Assembly: GCF_006345805.1 (NCBI RefSeq)
Contig: NC_043012.1
Location: 6,820,001 to 6,884,000, forward strand
Reading direction: 5' to 3'
Length of the DNA stretch: 64,000 nucleotides
From: Octopus sinensis
Lineage: Eukaryota
A model generated the notes under the pieces. It ran no database searches. It had not been told where the DNA came from and saw only the letters and a program-made list of their open reading frames with translations. This document shows positions 62,620 through 64,000 of the stretch, one piece after another. Every line of letters starts with the position of its first letter. The stretch's first letter is position 1. The translations under genes were made by a program, and so were the position numbers.

Positions 62620-63320
62620 ATATTGACACACGGGCAGAAATCTTTTGGTGGGGGGATGAGACAATTACTTCGATCTAGAAAGGATGAAAGGTAAAGTCGA
62701 CCTCGGCGGAATCTGAACTCAGAACGTAGCTACGGGCGAAATACCTATTTCTTTACTGCCCACAAGGGGCTAAACACAGAGAAGACAAACGAATTAAGTC
62801 GATTATATCGACCCAGTGCGTAACTGGTACTTTTTTAATCGACCCCGAAAGGATGAAAGGCAAAGGTGACCTCGGCGGAATTTGAACTCAGAACGTAACG
62901 GCAGATGAAATACGACTACGTATTTCGCCCGGCGTGCTAACGTTTCTGCCAGTTCGCTAACGATTCTGCCTTTGCCATTGAGGTCAACTTTTCCTTTCGT
63001 CCTTTTAGGGTCGGTAAAGTAAAATAGGAGTTGAGCACTGGGGTCGATGTAAAAAGATTCCACCCACCGCTAAATATTACTGGCTTTGTGCCAAAATCTG
63101 AAACCATTAAGGCGGCGAGCTGTTAGAATCGTTAAAACCCCTGACGAAATGCTTAGCGGCTTTTCGTCCGTCATTACGTTCTGAGCTCAAATTCTGCCGA
63201 GGTCGACTTTGCCTCCCACCTCTTTTGGGTCGACGAAATAAGTACCAGTCAAGCAATGGGGGTCAATGTAATCGACTAGACCCCTTCCCCACTAATTTCA
63301 GGCCTTGTGCCTATAGGAGG
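62620..63320. mobile_element. Nested cluster of CpG-intact SINE family B copies (minus then plus)
   Basis: GGATGAAAGG.AAAG..GACCTCGGCGGAAT.TGAACTCAGAACGTA twice on minus; a full plus copy at 63110-63320. Confidence 0.8.
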
Positions 63321-63520
63321 CAGCTTTATTACTAAAAATAGCCGTCCTCCTCTTCATTATTATCGTCGTCGTCGTCGTCGTCGTCATCATCCTCATCATC
63401 ATCATCATCATCACATCAAACCCTTATGGACTTTCTTAAATTTCATTTGCAAAGAAAAGTGGGATTTTTTAATGGAACGTTGCTTCCCGCCAGAATTTAT
63501 GCTTACACTTTTCGTGCCAT

Positions 63521-63526
<6 letters not shown>

Positions 63527-63552
<26 letters not shown>

Positions 63553-63716
63553 AAGAAGAAGAAGAAGAAGAAGAAGAAGAAGAAGAAGAAGAAGAGCAAC
63601 AACAACAACAAGAATCGATATTTTTCTTGACTCACGAAGAATACCCCTTCCCCGCTTCCACTTCTCGTCACCCCAGAAGTTGATCTCGGCTAGAATTGCC
63701 ACAAATTTAAACTTCC

Positions 63717-63747
<31 letters not shown>

Positions 63748-63921
63748 GACATCATCATAATCATCATCATCATCATCGACATCCTCCTCCTCATCATCCT
63801 CCTCCTCCTCATCATCATCCTCCTCCTCATCATCATCATCGACATCATCATCATCATCATCATCATGATTATCGTTGTCATTAACCTTTTCTCCCCGCTT
63901 CCTCCTCCTCCTACTACTACA

Positions 63922-63959
<38 letters not shown>

Positions 63960-63965
63960 AGCTGT
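63527..63965. repeat. (AAG)n, (CAT)n/(CCT)n and (CTA)n tracts
   Basis: Direct inspection. Confidence 0.95.
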
Positions 63966-64000
63966 CACCATGGTTAAACAACAGCTGTGACATTGAAGCT

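Noticed and set aside
63307-63993. Poly-Lys and poly-Asp/Glu ORFs
   Set aside because: (AAG)n and (CAT/CCT)n repeats.

Overview
AT-rich, repeat-saturated eukaryotic DNA. The SINE, RTE and microsatellite landscape matches what I recognise from octopus (cephalopod) genomes; this is recognition from memory, not a search result. There is one 100-N scaffold gap (60150-60249). I recognise no host protein-coding exon. Nearly all long ORFs in the track are translations of (TA)n, (TG)n, (TATG)n, (AAT)n or (CT)n microsatellites. Real coding remnants come from transposons: a full-length but frameshifted irritans/Himar1-like mariner (47953-49242), several RTE LINE 3' ends, and several R4/Dong-like (RLE) LINE 3' ends sitting in (AAT)n tracts. 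Other repeats are at least four tRNA-derived SINE families and piggyBac-, hAT-, Tigger- and Helentron-type non-autonomous elements. Two things are not explained by the ORF track. (1) A set of Penelope-type minimal type-I hammerhead ribozymes: one intact at 55017-55109 (-), one near-intact at 5166-5239 (+), and decayed ones at 646-691, ~14155-14190 and possibly ~38510-38560. The two best copies are each preceded by a 5'-truncated antisense copy that would fold back over the ribozyme. (2) A textbook recursive-splice-site/RS-exon architecture on the minus strand: branch point, ~70-nt AG-free pyrimidine tract, CAG|GTAAGT at 40414/40413, then a second AAG|GTAAGT 139 nt downstream. Together these suggest the window lies in a very long intron. 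Coordinates of degenerate repeats are approximate (within tens of bp).
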